From Heterodontus francisci (lineage: Eukaryota), in NCBI RefSeq assembly GCF_036365525.1, contig NC_090374.1:15107168-15171167 (forward strand): a stretch of 64,000 nt of DNA, in the 5' to 3' direction. The notes under the pieces are model-generated. The model searched no databases. It had not been told where the DNA came from and worked only from the letters and a program-made list of their open reading frames with translations. The position numbers and the translations under genes were made by a program. The first letter of the stretch is position 1, and each line of letters begins with the position of its first letter. Below, one piece after another: positions 13,061 to 23,809 of this stretch.

Positions 13061-14030
13061 GCAACTCACAACAGAGACTGGAGAACATGCGGTGGCCCAG
13101 ACAATGGAAATGTTTTCAGAGCAACTCACAACAGGGACTGGAGCACATGCGGTGGCCCAGACAATGGAAATGTTTTCAGAGCAGCTTACAACAGAGACTG
13201 GAGAACATGCGGTGGCCCAGACAATGGAAATGTTTTCAGAGCAACTCACAACAGAGACTGGAGAACATGCGGTGGCCCAGACAATGGAAATGTTTTCAGA
13301 GCAACTCACAACAGGGACTGGAGCACATGCGGTGGCCCAGACAATGGAAATGTTTTCAGAGCAGCTTACAACAGAGACTGGAGAACATGCGGTGGCCCAG
13401 ACAATGGAAATGTTTTCAGAGCAGCTTACAACAGAGACTGGAGAACATGTGGTGGCCCAGACAATGGAAATGTTTTCAGAGCAACTCACAACAGAGACTG
13501 GAGAACATGCGGTGGCCCAGACAATGGAAATGTTTTCAGAGCAGCTTACAACAGAGACTGGAGAACATGCGGTGGCCCAGACAATGGAAATGTTTTCAGA
13601 GCAGCTTACAACAGAGACTGGAGAACATGTGGTGGCCCAGACAATGGAAATGTTTTCAGAGCAGCTTACAACAGAGACTGGAGAACATGCGGTGGCCCAG
13701 ACAATGGAAATGTTTTCAGAGCAGCTTACAACAGAGACTGGAGAACATGTGGTGGCCCAGACAATGGAAATGTTTTCAGAGCAGCTTACAACAGAGACTG
13801 GAGAACATGCGGTGGCCCAGACAATGGAAATGTTTTCAGAGCAGCTTACAACAGAGACTGGAGAACATGTGGTGGCCCAGACAATGGAAATGTTTTCAGA
13901 GCAACTCACAACAGGGACTGGAGAACATGTGGTGGCCCAGACAATGGAAATGTTTTCAGAGCAATTCACAACAGAGACTGGAGAACATGTGGTGGCCCAG
14001 ACAATGGAAATGTTTTCAAAGCAACTTACA
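13061..14030. repeat. 60-bp minisatellite, 16 full copies plus a partial
   Basis: Unit GCA(ACTC/GCTT)ACAACAG(A/G)GACTGGAG(A/C)ACATG(C/T)GGTGGCCCAGACAATGGAAATGTTTTCAGA in exact 60-bp register, no spacers. Confidence 0.98.
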
Positions 14031-14164
14031 AAGGCAGAGCAACTTACCTTGGAACAATCTCCTGTGTCAAATAAAAATGAAGCAAGTCTCCAAAACGAAT
14101 AAATAATTCAGATAAAATGCGAGAAAATGCCCGACGAAACTTCTCCTCCTTCCACTTTCAAAAA

Positions 14165-14450
14165 GTCGCGCCGAAGCTTTGACGCATGCGCAGAGGCCAA
14201 CCTGGCGCGTTGCCCGAGGAAGACGACGTAACGCGATGACGTCATCTGCGCATGCGCAAAACGGTCCTAGAAGCCGGACCGCAGCGCATGCGCAGATATC
14301 AGGAGACCGTGTGCGCATGTGCGTACCGTGTCATCTGCGCATGCTCAAAACGGTCCCAGAAGCCGGACCGCAGCGCATGCGCAGATATCAGGAGACCATC
14401 TGCGCATGTGCGCACCGCGGCGCATCCTGATGACGTCGGCGATGACGTAG
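14165..14450. promoter_or_regulatory. CpG-rich promoter-like block with repeated NRF1-type (GCGCATGCGC) and CRE (TGACGTCA) motifs
   Basis: GCGCATGCGC at ~14248, 14284 and 14373; TGACGTCA at ~14237; ~89-bp internal duplication; function not shown. Confidence 0.45.
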
Positions 14451-17328
14451 CATTGTCATGAATTACTTTGTTTAATAATTGTAGTAGAAATCTAGCACTA
14501 GGGACCATATAGTTAATTGTAACTTAATTTAGTAAGGATTTAATAAGTATTTATTTTAAATTAATTTATTAATTAGTGCTAGAAATGTCAGTTAGAGGGG
14601 TGAAGTGCTTCACCTGTGAGATGTGGGAGGTCCGTGACGCTTCCAGCGTTCCGGACGACTACATCTGCAGGAAGTGTACCCAGTTGCAGCTCCTCACAGA
14701 CCACATGGATTGGTTGGAGCAGCAACTGGATGCATGTAGGATCATGCAGGTGGCAGAAAGTGTCATAGACAGGAGTTTTAGAGAAGTGGTTACACCCAAG
14801 GTCCAGGCGGATAGATGGGTGACCGCTAGAAGGGGCAGGCAGTCAGTGCAGGAATCCCCCGTGGCTATCCCCCTCTCTAACAAGTATACCGTTTTGGATA
14901 CTGTTGGTGGGGGGGGGGGGGATGGCCTATCAGGGGAAAACAGCAGCATCCAGAGCAGTGGCACCACGGCTGGCACCGTTGTTCAGCAGGGAGGGACAAA
15001 GCGCAGAAGAGCAATAGTTATAGGGGACTCGATAGTCAGGGGCACAGATAGGCACTTCTGTGGATGTGAAAGAGACTCCAGGGTGGTATGTTGCCTCCCT
15101 GGTGCCAGGGTCAAGGATGTCTCTGAACGGGCAGGGGGCATTCTGAAGGAGGAGGGTGAACAGCCAGAGGTTGTGGTACACATTGGTACTAACGACACAG
15201 GCAGGAAGAGTGACGAGGTCCTGCAGGGGCAGTTCAGGGAGTTAGGTAGAAAGTTAAAAAAACAGGATCTCTAGGGTTGTAATCTCGGGATTACTCCCTG
15301 TGCCACGTGCCAGTTAGGCTAGAAATAGGAAGATAGTGTAGCTAAACATGTGGCTGAACAGCTGGTGTAGGAAGCAGCGTTTCAGATATCTGGATCATTG
15401 GGATCTCTTCTGGGACATGTGGGACCTGTACAAGAAGGATGGGTTGCATCTAAACTGGAGGGGCACAAATATCACAGCTGTACTGCGGGAGGACTTCTCA
15501 GAGGGGTCATGCAGCGAGGCAATATGGGTAGAGCTCAGGAATAGGAAGGGTGCAGTCACGATGTTGGGGGTTTACAACTGGCCTCCCAACAGTCAGCAGG
15601 AGATAGAGGAGCAGATATGTAGACAGATTTTGGAAAGATGTAAAAGCAACAGGGTTGTTGCGGTGGGTGATTTTAACTTCCCCTATATTGACTGGGACTC
15701 ACTTAGTGCTAGGGGCTTGGATGGGGCAGAATTTGTGAAGAGCATCCAGGAGGGCTTCTTGAAACAGTATGTAGATAGTACAACTAGGGATGGGGCCATT
15801 CTGGACCTGGTATTGGGGAATGAGCCCGGCCAGGTGGTCGAAGTTTCAGTGGGGGAGCATTTCGGGAGCAGTGACCATAATTCCGTAGGTTTTAAGGCAT
15901 TTGTGGATAAGGATAAGAGTAGTCCTCGGGGGAAGGCTAATTATAACAATATTAGGCAGGTACTGAAGAATTTAGATTGGGGGCGGCTGTTTGAGGGTAA
16001 ATCAACATCTGACATGTGGGAGTCTTACAATCGTCAGTTGATTGGAATCCAGGACCGGCATGTTCCTGTGAGGAAGAAGGATATGTTTGGCAAGTTTCGG
16101 GAACCTTGGATAACGAGGAATATTGTGAGCCTAGTCAGAAAGAAAAAGGAAGCATTCATAAGGGCTGGAAGGCTAGGATGTGCGAGGCAAGTTCTTTACA
16201 CAGAGGGTGGTGAGTGCCGGGAACTTGCTGCCGGGGGAGGTGGTGGAAGCAGATACAATAGCAATGTTTAAGAGGCATCTTGACAAATACATGAATGGGA
16301 TGTGAATGGAGGGATACGGACCCCGGAAGTGTAGGAGGTTTTAGTTTAGACAGGCATCAAGATCGGCGCAGGCTTGGAGGGCCGAATGGCCTGTTCCTGT
16401 GCTGTACTGTTCTTTGTTCTTTGTTAAAGCTTGGACTGGTAATCCTCAACATGAAAAAGAAATTTGTAATGTGTCGCAGCACACTAAACCATTGACCACG
16501 GACCAGATCCTAGAGGAGTACAACCATGTATTTTGAAGTAGATGAGAGGGAAAGACCAATTCAGCATCTGCTGAAGGAAGTTCCAGCTGCCCTCAAGGCC
16601 AGCCTGAAAGACAAGATAGAAGAGCTGGAAAAGAAGGGAGTAAACAAGAAAGTGACAACCTCGACAGAATGGATTAGCAGCAGGGTAACAGTGAAACAAC
16701 CTGGAAAGCTGAGAGTGTGCATCGACCCAAAGGATCTAAATCAAGCTCTGAAGAGATCTCACTATCCCATGCCACCACCGCAGGACTTTTGCCACAACTT
16801 GCAAAGACAAAAATCTTCACTATCCTAGATGCAAAGGATGGTTACTGACAAGTGAAGCTGGATAAAAGCAGCAGCTTTCTAACTATGTTCTGGACACCAT
16901 TTGGGAGATACAGATTGTTGCACATGCAGTTTGGCATTTCTGCGGCTCCAGAGGAATATCAACACAGACAGCATGAGACAGTTAGTGATCTTCCCAGAGT
17001 GGAAGCTATAGTGGATGATATACCAGTTTATGGATGCGGAGACACAATGGAAGAAGCCATTGCTGACCATGATCAAAATCTAGTGCGACTGCTGGAGACA
17101 GCTCGCCAGATGAACCTGAAGCTGAACAAGAAAAAAGTGCAATTAAAATGCCCGAAGTCAAGTACATAGGTCAGGGACTGACAGCAAAAGGTCTTTGCCC
17201 GGATCACAAAAAGGTGAGATTGTAAAATACCTGAAAGCACACTTCAGTGGTCAAGGCATTCCAGACATTGTGATGAGTGACAATGACCCTCAGTTCACAA
17301 AGGATTGGGAAATTCAACACCATACATC

Positions 17329-18158
17329 GCTCTGGAAGTGGTTCAAGAGTTCACCTACCTAGGCTCAACTATCACCAGTAACCTGTCTCTAGATGCAGAA
17401 CTCAACAAGCGCATGGGTAAGGCTTCCACTGCTATGTCCAGACTGGCCAAGAGAGTGTGGGAAAATGGCGCACTGACACGGAACACAAAAGTCCGAGTGT
17501 ATCAGGCCTGTGTCCTCAGTACCTTGCTCTATGGCAGCGAGGCCTGGACAATGTATGCCAGCCAAGAGCGACGTCTCAATTCATTCCATCTTCGCTGCCT
17601 CCGGAGAATACTTGGCATCAGGTGGCAGGACCGTATCTCCAACACAGAAGTCCTCGAGACGGCCAACATGCCCAGCTTATACACACTACTGAGTCAGCGG
17701 CGCTTGAGATGGCTTGGCCATGTGAGCCGCATGGAAGATGGCAGGATCCCCAAAGACACATTGTACAGCGAGCTCGCCACTGGTATCAGACCCACCGGCC
17801 GTCTATGTCTCCGCTTTAAAGACGTCTGCAAACGCGACGAAGTCCTGTGACATTGATCACAAGTTGTGGGAGTCAGTTGCCAGTGTTCGCCAGAGCTGGC
17901 GGGCAGCCATAAAGACGGAGCTAAAGTGTGGCGAGTTGAAGAGACTTATCAGTTGGCAGGAAAAAAGACAGAGGCGCAAGGGGAGAGCCAACTGTGCAAC
18001 AGCCCCGACAAACAATTTTATCTGCAGCACCTGTGGAAGAGCCTGTCACTCTAGAATTGTCCTTTATAGCCACTCCAGGCGCTGCTCCACAAACCACTGA
18101 CCACCTCCAGGTGCTTACCCATTGTCTCTCGAGATAAGGAGGCCCAAAAGAAAGAAAG
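17329..18158 (+). mobile_element. 5'-truncated RTE-clade LINE
   Basis: FTYLGS, LLYGSEAW, RLRWLGHVSRM and C-terminal CSTCGRACHSRI..SHSRRC; (AAAG)n tail; TSD ACATC (17324-17328, 18159-18163); splits the Gypsy A integrase. Confidence 0.92.
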
Positions 18159-18604
18159 ACATCATCTCCACACTATCGCCAGTCCAATGGAAAGGCTGAG
18201 GCGACAGTGAAAATCACCAAAGGAATCATAAAGAAATCAAGCAAAACCGGGAGAGATGTATACAAGGCAATTATCGAGAGGAGAAACACACCTACTGAAG
18301 GCATGTAAAGTAGTCCAGTACAAAGACTAATGTCACGCCGCACCCAAACTACTCTTCCAGGAGCAAAAAAGCTATTGAAGTCAGAAGTAGTAACAGGCGT
18401 GAGTGACAAAATCAAGGTGGAACGGCAGAAAGCTAAATTTCATTTTGACAGAACTGCCAGACCATTGTCAGAATTGAGCATTGGAGAGCCAGTCAGAGAA
18501 CAAACCTTCAACACTCACAACAAGAGTCAGTCCAAGTGGCAACTTAGGATCTGTGTAGAGCAGTTGTCACCTCGATCGTATGCGGTGGAAGTGAACGACC
18601 AGAT

Positions 18605-21600
18605 ATACACAAATAGACATGGTCAAACCAGCTAGTCACATGACTAACTTGCTGGGCAACCTGAGTTTTTTTGAATTTGTACAAACAGTTTGGGCAGAAA
18701 GCTCTTTGCTCCTGGACTGAGAAGATCTCTCCTAGCTGGCTCAACACAGCCTCTCCCGTCTGCTCCCATCTCTTTCTCACAAGCCTCTGATCCACTGAAG
18801 ACACATGAACCCCAAGAGAAAAAAGTCTCCTGCAGTGAACAAGGTTTACGAAGAATACTGGGTCCTAACGAAAAGCAAGATCTACCTACAATCAAGGACT
18901 CTACAGTGAGCTCGAAGAACTGTAACAATAACTATTCAGATATTGCCTCAAACCTTTCCACTTTATTTTTCTTCAGCTCTTTTCTGTCTCTATTTGCATG
19001 TATGTATCGTGTATGCATGCTAGTGTGGGAGCGTCATGTATCTGTAGGCGTTAACAGAATTAGAGTTTAATTAATAAAGTTTAATAAATTTCAACTTTTC
19101 TCCTTTTAAACCTATGAAAACCTGCTTGTGCTTTGTACTGTTCTTTGCCTTATAATTGGAAAGCAATGAAAAAGGATTCACCAAGGGGGAGCTGAAAACA
19201 CAGTGTTTTTAAAAATAAAACCCTTTTACAGTAAGACCAGATGAAGGCTGAAAGGGAACCCTAGACCTCTTTCTCAACTGGTTGTAACAGAAATTTGGGT
19301 GCTAGCATCCGGAATTGACCCACAGACAAACGAGAGAAATTGGAAGTTAGAAGCCAAATTGTTCCCAATCAAAAAAGAGCAAGATTTTAATGCAGATTTT
19401 CTTGTGGTTGTGTGTGATCGAATACTAACATGTCTGCAACTGAAGTTAGTAGCTCCCCAAGCCAGGTTGAAGTAACTTGGGATAAGTTTAAAAACACTGT
19501 CTATGGAGGAGTTGAGGAAAATGGTTGAGCAGTGTGGGATCACTGTACGTGGCAAGGCTAGAAAGTCTGAACTCCTAAGACGAGTGGCCAACCATTTTTC
19601 CTTTGAATCTGAAGAAGCAGAAACAGGGTTAGAAGCAGAACCCAACAGGGTATTGTTAGCAAAGATACAACTGAAACAGAGGAAATTAGAGGAGAGAGAG
19701 AGAAAGAATATTCTGGAAGGAATGTGAAGAGAGAGAGTTGAAGCAGCTTGAGTTAACTAGGGGGCTACAGATTATCCCCAGTGAAATCATGGCCAATATC
19801 GAGGAACATAATTCAGGGCTGGGTACAAAATTGTTAAAACTAGCTCAACTAATTTCAAAATTCAATGAGGAAGATGTAGAAGCAGTTTTTGTGTCTTTTG
19901 AGAAACTGGCAAGCTAAAATGGCCAGCTGAGACCTTGTCTCTTTTATTACAAAGCAAGCTAACTGGAAAAGCTGATGAGGTTTATTCCCTGTTGCCAGAT
20001 GAGAGTTCATCAAATTATGAACTGACAAAAAATGCTATCCTTGGGGAATATGAATTACTACCCGAAGCCTATCACCAAAAGTTTAGAACCCTCAAGAAGC
20101 AAGGCAATCAAACTTATCTGAAGTTTGAAAGAAGTAAGCAGTTGGCTTATGACCAGTGGCCGAGGGCTGTAAAGTACAGCTCAGCTATGAGAATCTCAGA
20201 GAAGTAATTCTGTTAGAGGAATTTAAATACTGTCTCCCACTCTCCATAACGACCCATGTAGAGGAGCAGTAGGTTCAGAGAGCCCGGCAAGCGGCTGTTC
20301 TGGCCAATGAGTTTGCTTTAATTTATAAGTCAGTTTTCCAGGGGAGAACCTTTCCTAGTCACCTCCACAAATCCAAAAGGGTCAAAAGGTGGGAAGGTGA
20401 TAGGAGCCCAAGCAGTCCTGGGAGAGAAAGGAAAGCAGGAGACACAGGCGGCCGTTTTCCAGCCAAAAAGGAAGGTGCTGTGAGCAAGAGCGAGACCTGG
20501 AGACCTGTGTGCTTCCATTGTAATAAGGCAGGGCATTTAAAAGCTGACTGCTGGAAACTAAAGGGAAAACTGGTAGGGTTAATCAGAGTACACCCGCTCA
20601 GTGAAGACGGGACCCTGATGGAAAGCACAGCAGAACTAGCTGTGGCTTTAACTGCAGTAAGAGTGAGACCCAGGAAGCGTACGGCTGCAAGTGCAGGGAA
20701 AATTAATAGGATTCCTGAAGGTTATCAGGGTTTTGTGTCTGAAGGGAAAGTAACCCCATACCCCTCGAGTGGGGTAAGCAAGCCCATAGTGATTCTCAGG
20801 GACACAGGGGACACTAGATCCCTTTTACTGGGGAAAAGGCCTGACCTTTCCCCCAGAGAGTGCAGTGAACACCAGAATGGTGGTGAATGGTATTGGAGTG
20901 ATTGTCTGTACCTATACACTGGGTGCATCTAGAGTGCAACCTAATTTTGGAACCGGTGACCGTAGGGATTGTCCCTAGTTTGCCTGTGGACGAGGTTGAC
21001 CTGCTCCTAGGTAATGATCGGGCAGGGGGTGAAGGTGGTAGCCCCAAACCCACCCCCCCCCCCACCCCCACCCGTAGTGAAAGAAAGACCGCAGGAGGTC
21101 AGAGAAACAGGACAGTGGCAGGAGACGGTCTCCTGCAGTTTCCCTGAATGTGTAGTGGATCAAGCCATGATCAAACCAGCTCCCCCAGAGGAGACTGCAA
21201 TGGCGCTGCAGGCAGATGACCAGGTCTATCTTTCCAAGACTTTCTTTGGAAAGTTAGTAAACCCAGGGAATGAATTAAATGGATTTTCCCTAGGTGAGGC
21301 TCAGCGAGCCGACCCAGTATTACAAGAGTTAGCACAGGCTGCCCAGTCTGAAAGTGAAGCAGAGGGAGACCCTGATTGCTACTATTTAAAGAATGAGGTA
21401 CTGATGAGGAAGTGGAGTTCTCCTCACACACCTGAGAGCAAGGAATGGACAGTAGTTCACCAGTTAGTGGTGCTGCAGGTGTACCGGAGGGAAATATTAA
21501 CAAGGGCCCATGAGACTACAGTGGCTGTACATGCCGGTATATGAAAGACCAACGCCTGCATAAGACAGCAGTTTGACCGGCCAAAACTCCACAAAGATGT

Positions 21601-23410
21601 GGTGGAGTCCTGCAGGAGTTGCCACGTGTGCCAGGTTGAGGGGAAACCACAACCTACAGTGAAACCAGCAGCCCTAAATCCTGTACTGGTGTTAGGAGGA
21701 CCCTCCAGCAGAGGGCTGGTGAACTGTAAGAGATCCCCATCGAGAACAAAAGGGGAAGACAGGCACAAGGCTGGCAAAAGCTTAGAAAGAGAAAGGGAAG
21801 GTTAAAGAGGGCAGATTAAAGGAAGTACAAGAGGAATCCAAGATGAAAACTCCTACTGTCCTATCAGCCAACCCAGAGAAATGTGAAAAGTTAGACCCCA
21901 CATCCTCCAATGTAAATGCAGACTCTAGAAGCACCTCACCAGAGTTGCTAACAGCATTTACAGGAACTTTCAGAGACAAAGAAAGACCTCTAGGGGCAGA
22001 GAAACTGTGAGGGTGATGCCTCACCTAGTCGAAGTGCCACAGGAGAATGCAGTAGAGCCTGCACAAATACCTGCAGGCAGGAATATCCTCTGGGACAAAG
22101 GGGAGATTAGCAAAGAATCCTCCTCCACAATCAGAAAAAAGAAAATCACACATTCCCCCAAAGTCAAAAGCCTTTGCATGACTTAGCAAAGCACTGAAAG
22201 AAAGTTCAGGTTAGGCCCGCCCACTACTGAGTCTCCTGAAAAGAAAAGTACCTCCGCAGGAACAAAGACCCTAGGCAGCCATGGAAATGGGCAAACGGAA
22301 GAGAAGCTTCCACAAAAAAGAATCACATGTTTATTGGGATGCCAAAATGGGGGCGAATTTAATAAGTTTTAGAATGAATGAGAGAAATACATGTTTTTTT
22401 TCTGTATCTTACATTTTTCTCATGACCCTTTTAATGAAATGCGCTTTTCTCAAATTGCATTTCATTCTGCTGAGTGTTTTGGTGTCATGCTTGGCCCTCA
22501 CCTGCCAAGAATGAGGCACATTAATTTTATCTTGAACATTGATTTTAAACTGTTACTTGAGTGAAGAAAGGACTTGTTAAACAGATTAGCCGTGGCTGGA
22601 AAGACATTAGCATATTAACAGACAGTGTTTGGAAGGACAATGGAGCCATTTCTCAACACATTCAACCCACATTGGACTTTTGATCACCAGACATTGAAGG
22701 TGGGGGAAGCTCGCATTCCAGTTTGATTGCTAAAATGGTGGAATACACAAATAGACATGGTTAAACCCGCTGGTCACATGACTAACCTGCTTGGCAACCT
22801 GAGTTTTTTTGAATGTGTACAAACAGTTTGGGCAGAAAGCTGTTTACTCCTGGACTGAGAAGATCTCTCCTGGCTGGCTCACCACAGCCTCTCCTGTCTG
22901 TCTGCTCCCATCTCTTTCTCATAAGCCTCTGAATCCACTGATGACACATGAACCCCAAGAAAGAAAAGCAAACAAGTTTTAAGAAGAATACTGGGCCCCA
23001 ACAAAAAGCAAGATCTACCTACAATCAAGGACTCTACAGTGAGTTCGAAGAACTGCAACAATAACTATTCAGATATTGCCTCAAACTTTTCCACTTTATT
23101 TTTCCTCTGCTCTTTTCTGTCTCTATTTTCATTTGTGTATCGTGTATGCATGCTAGCATGGGCGCATCGTGTATCTGTAGGCGTTAACCGAATTAGAGTT
23201 TAAGTTTAATAATAAATTTCAACTTTTCTCCAGTAAATCTAAGAAAGCCTGTTTGTGCTGGTTTCTTTGCCTTATAAGTGGAAAGCGGTGTAAAAGGATT
23301 CACCAACGGGGATCTGAAAACACGATGTGTTTAAAATTAAACCCGGTTACGGTAAGACCAGGTGAAGGCTGAGAGGGAACCCTCGACCTCTTTCTCACTT
23401 GGTGGTAACA
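18605..23410 (+). mobile_element. Gmr1-like Gypsy LTR element B, non-autonomous (no RT)
   Basis: Truncated 5' LTR ~18605-19289 matches 3' LTR 22483-23410 (TG...CA); degenerate tRNA-Pro-like PBS; gag LLLQSKLTGKA..YELLPEAYHQKFR; CCHC knuckle CFHCNKAGHLKADC; protease ILRDTG; integrase HHCC (AHETTVAVH..CRSCHVCQ) directly after the protease. Confidence 0.85.
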
Positions 23411-23809
23411 CTGTACTAATGTGCTTCCTGGCTTGCCGTAGTCATGTGACCTCTACCATGAGGCACTCACTGCAGGCAGCCATCGCAAGTTCAGTTCAAT
23501 AAAGACACAGTACAAGCAAGACTGTTCTCCTGTGAGCTTGGAACATACATAATTTCCCAGAATACAATAACAGTTCCTGAAATCTAACAGTTTGGTTTGC
23601 ATGCTTGTTGTTACTGTAATCACAACTAACACATATGTAACCAATATTTCCAAAGTAATTTACATGTTAAAAAGATTCCTTTTCCTTTACACAAGTATAT
23701 CTTCAACAAAAATATCATCATTGGGCAGCACAGTGGCGCAGTGGCTAGCATCACAGCTCCAGCAACCCAGGTTCAATTCTGGGTACTGCTTGTGTGGAGT
23801 TTGCAAGTT

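Larger units (their letters stand above)
10649..14470. mobile_element. unclassified 3.8-kb non-autonomous insertion (DNA transposon or Helentron-like) with minisatellites and CpG-rich ends
   Basis: Splits a CR1 5'UTR; TTTAATAAT flanks both sides (10640-10648, 14471-14479); no recognisable transposase or RT. Confidence 0.6.
10165..16420 (+). mobile_element. CR1 LINE with tandem-repeated 5'UTR, frameshifted ORF1 and internally deleted ORF2; interrupted by a 3.8-kb insertion
   Basis: ORF 14576 CFTCEMWE..IVIGDS..HIGTND; ORF 15348 VGDFNFP..LDLVLGNE..SDHN; (TTCTTTG)n tail at ~16410; the Gypsy A frame KPLVSAGA|LKLGLVILN is interrupted here. Confidence 0.85.
7604..23545 (+). mobile_element. Gypsy LTR retrotransposon A, degenerate, host of many nested insertions
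   Basis: 5' LTR 7604-7752 and partial 3' LTR 23411-23545 are similar; termini TGTT...AACA; 5-bp TSD TACAT (7599-7603, 23546-23550); PBS TGGTGTCAGAGTGG; gag MAANLPLTPPVEMKGDMKQNWQFF at ~7906; RT LRVCIDPKDLN, TPFGRYR, IVDDI (16526-17169); integrase SDNDPQF, SSPHYRQSNGKAE. Confidence 0.9.

Noticed and set aside
13061-14030. CRISPR array or repeat-protein gene (four ORFs of 339-362 aa)
   Set aside because: Units are contiguous with no unique spacers and no cas genes, in eukaryotic DNA. The ORFs arise because a 60-bp stop-free unit keeps several frames open.
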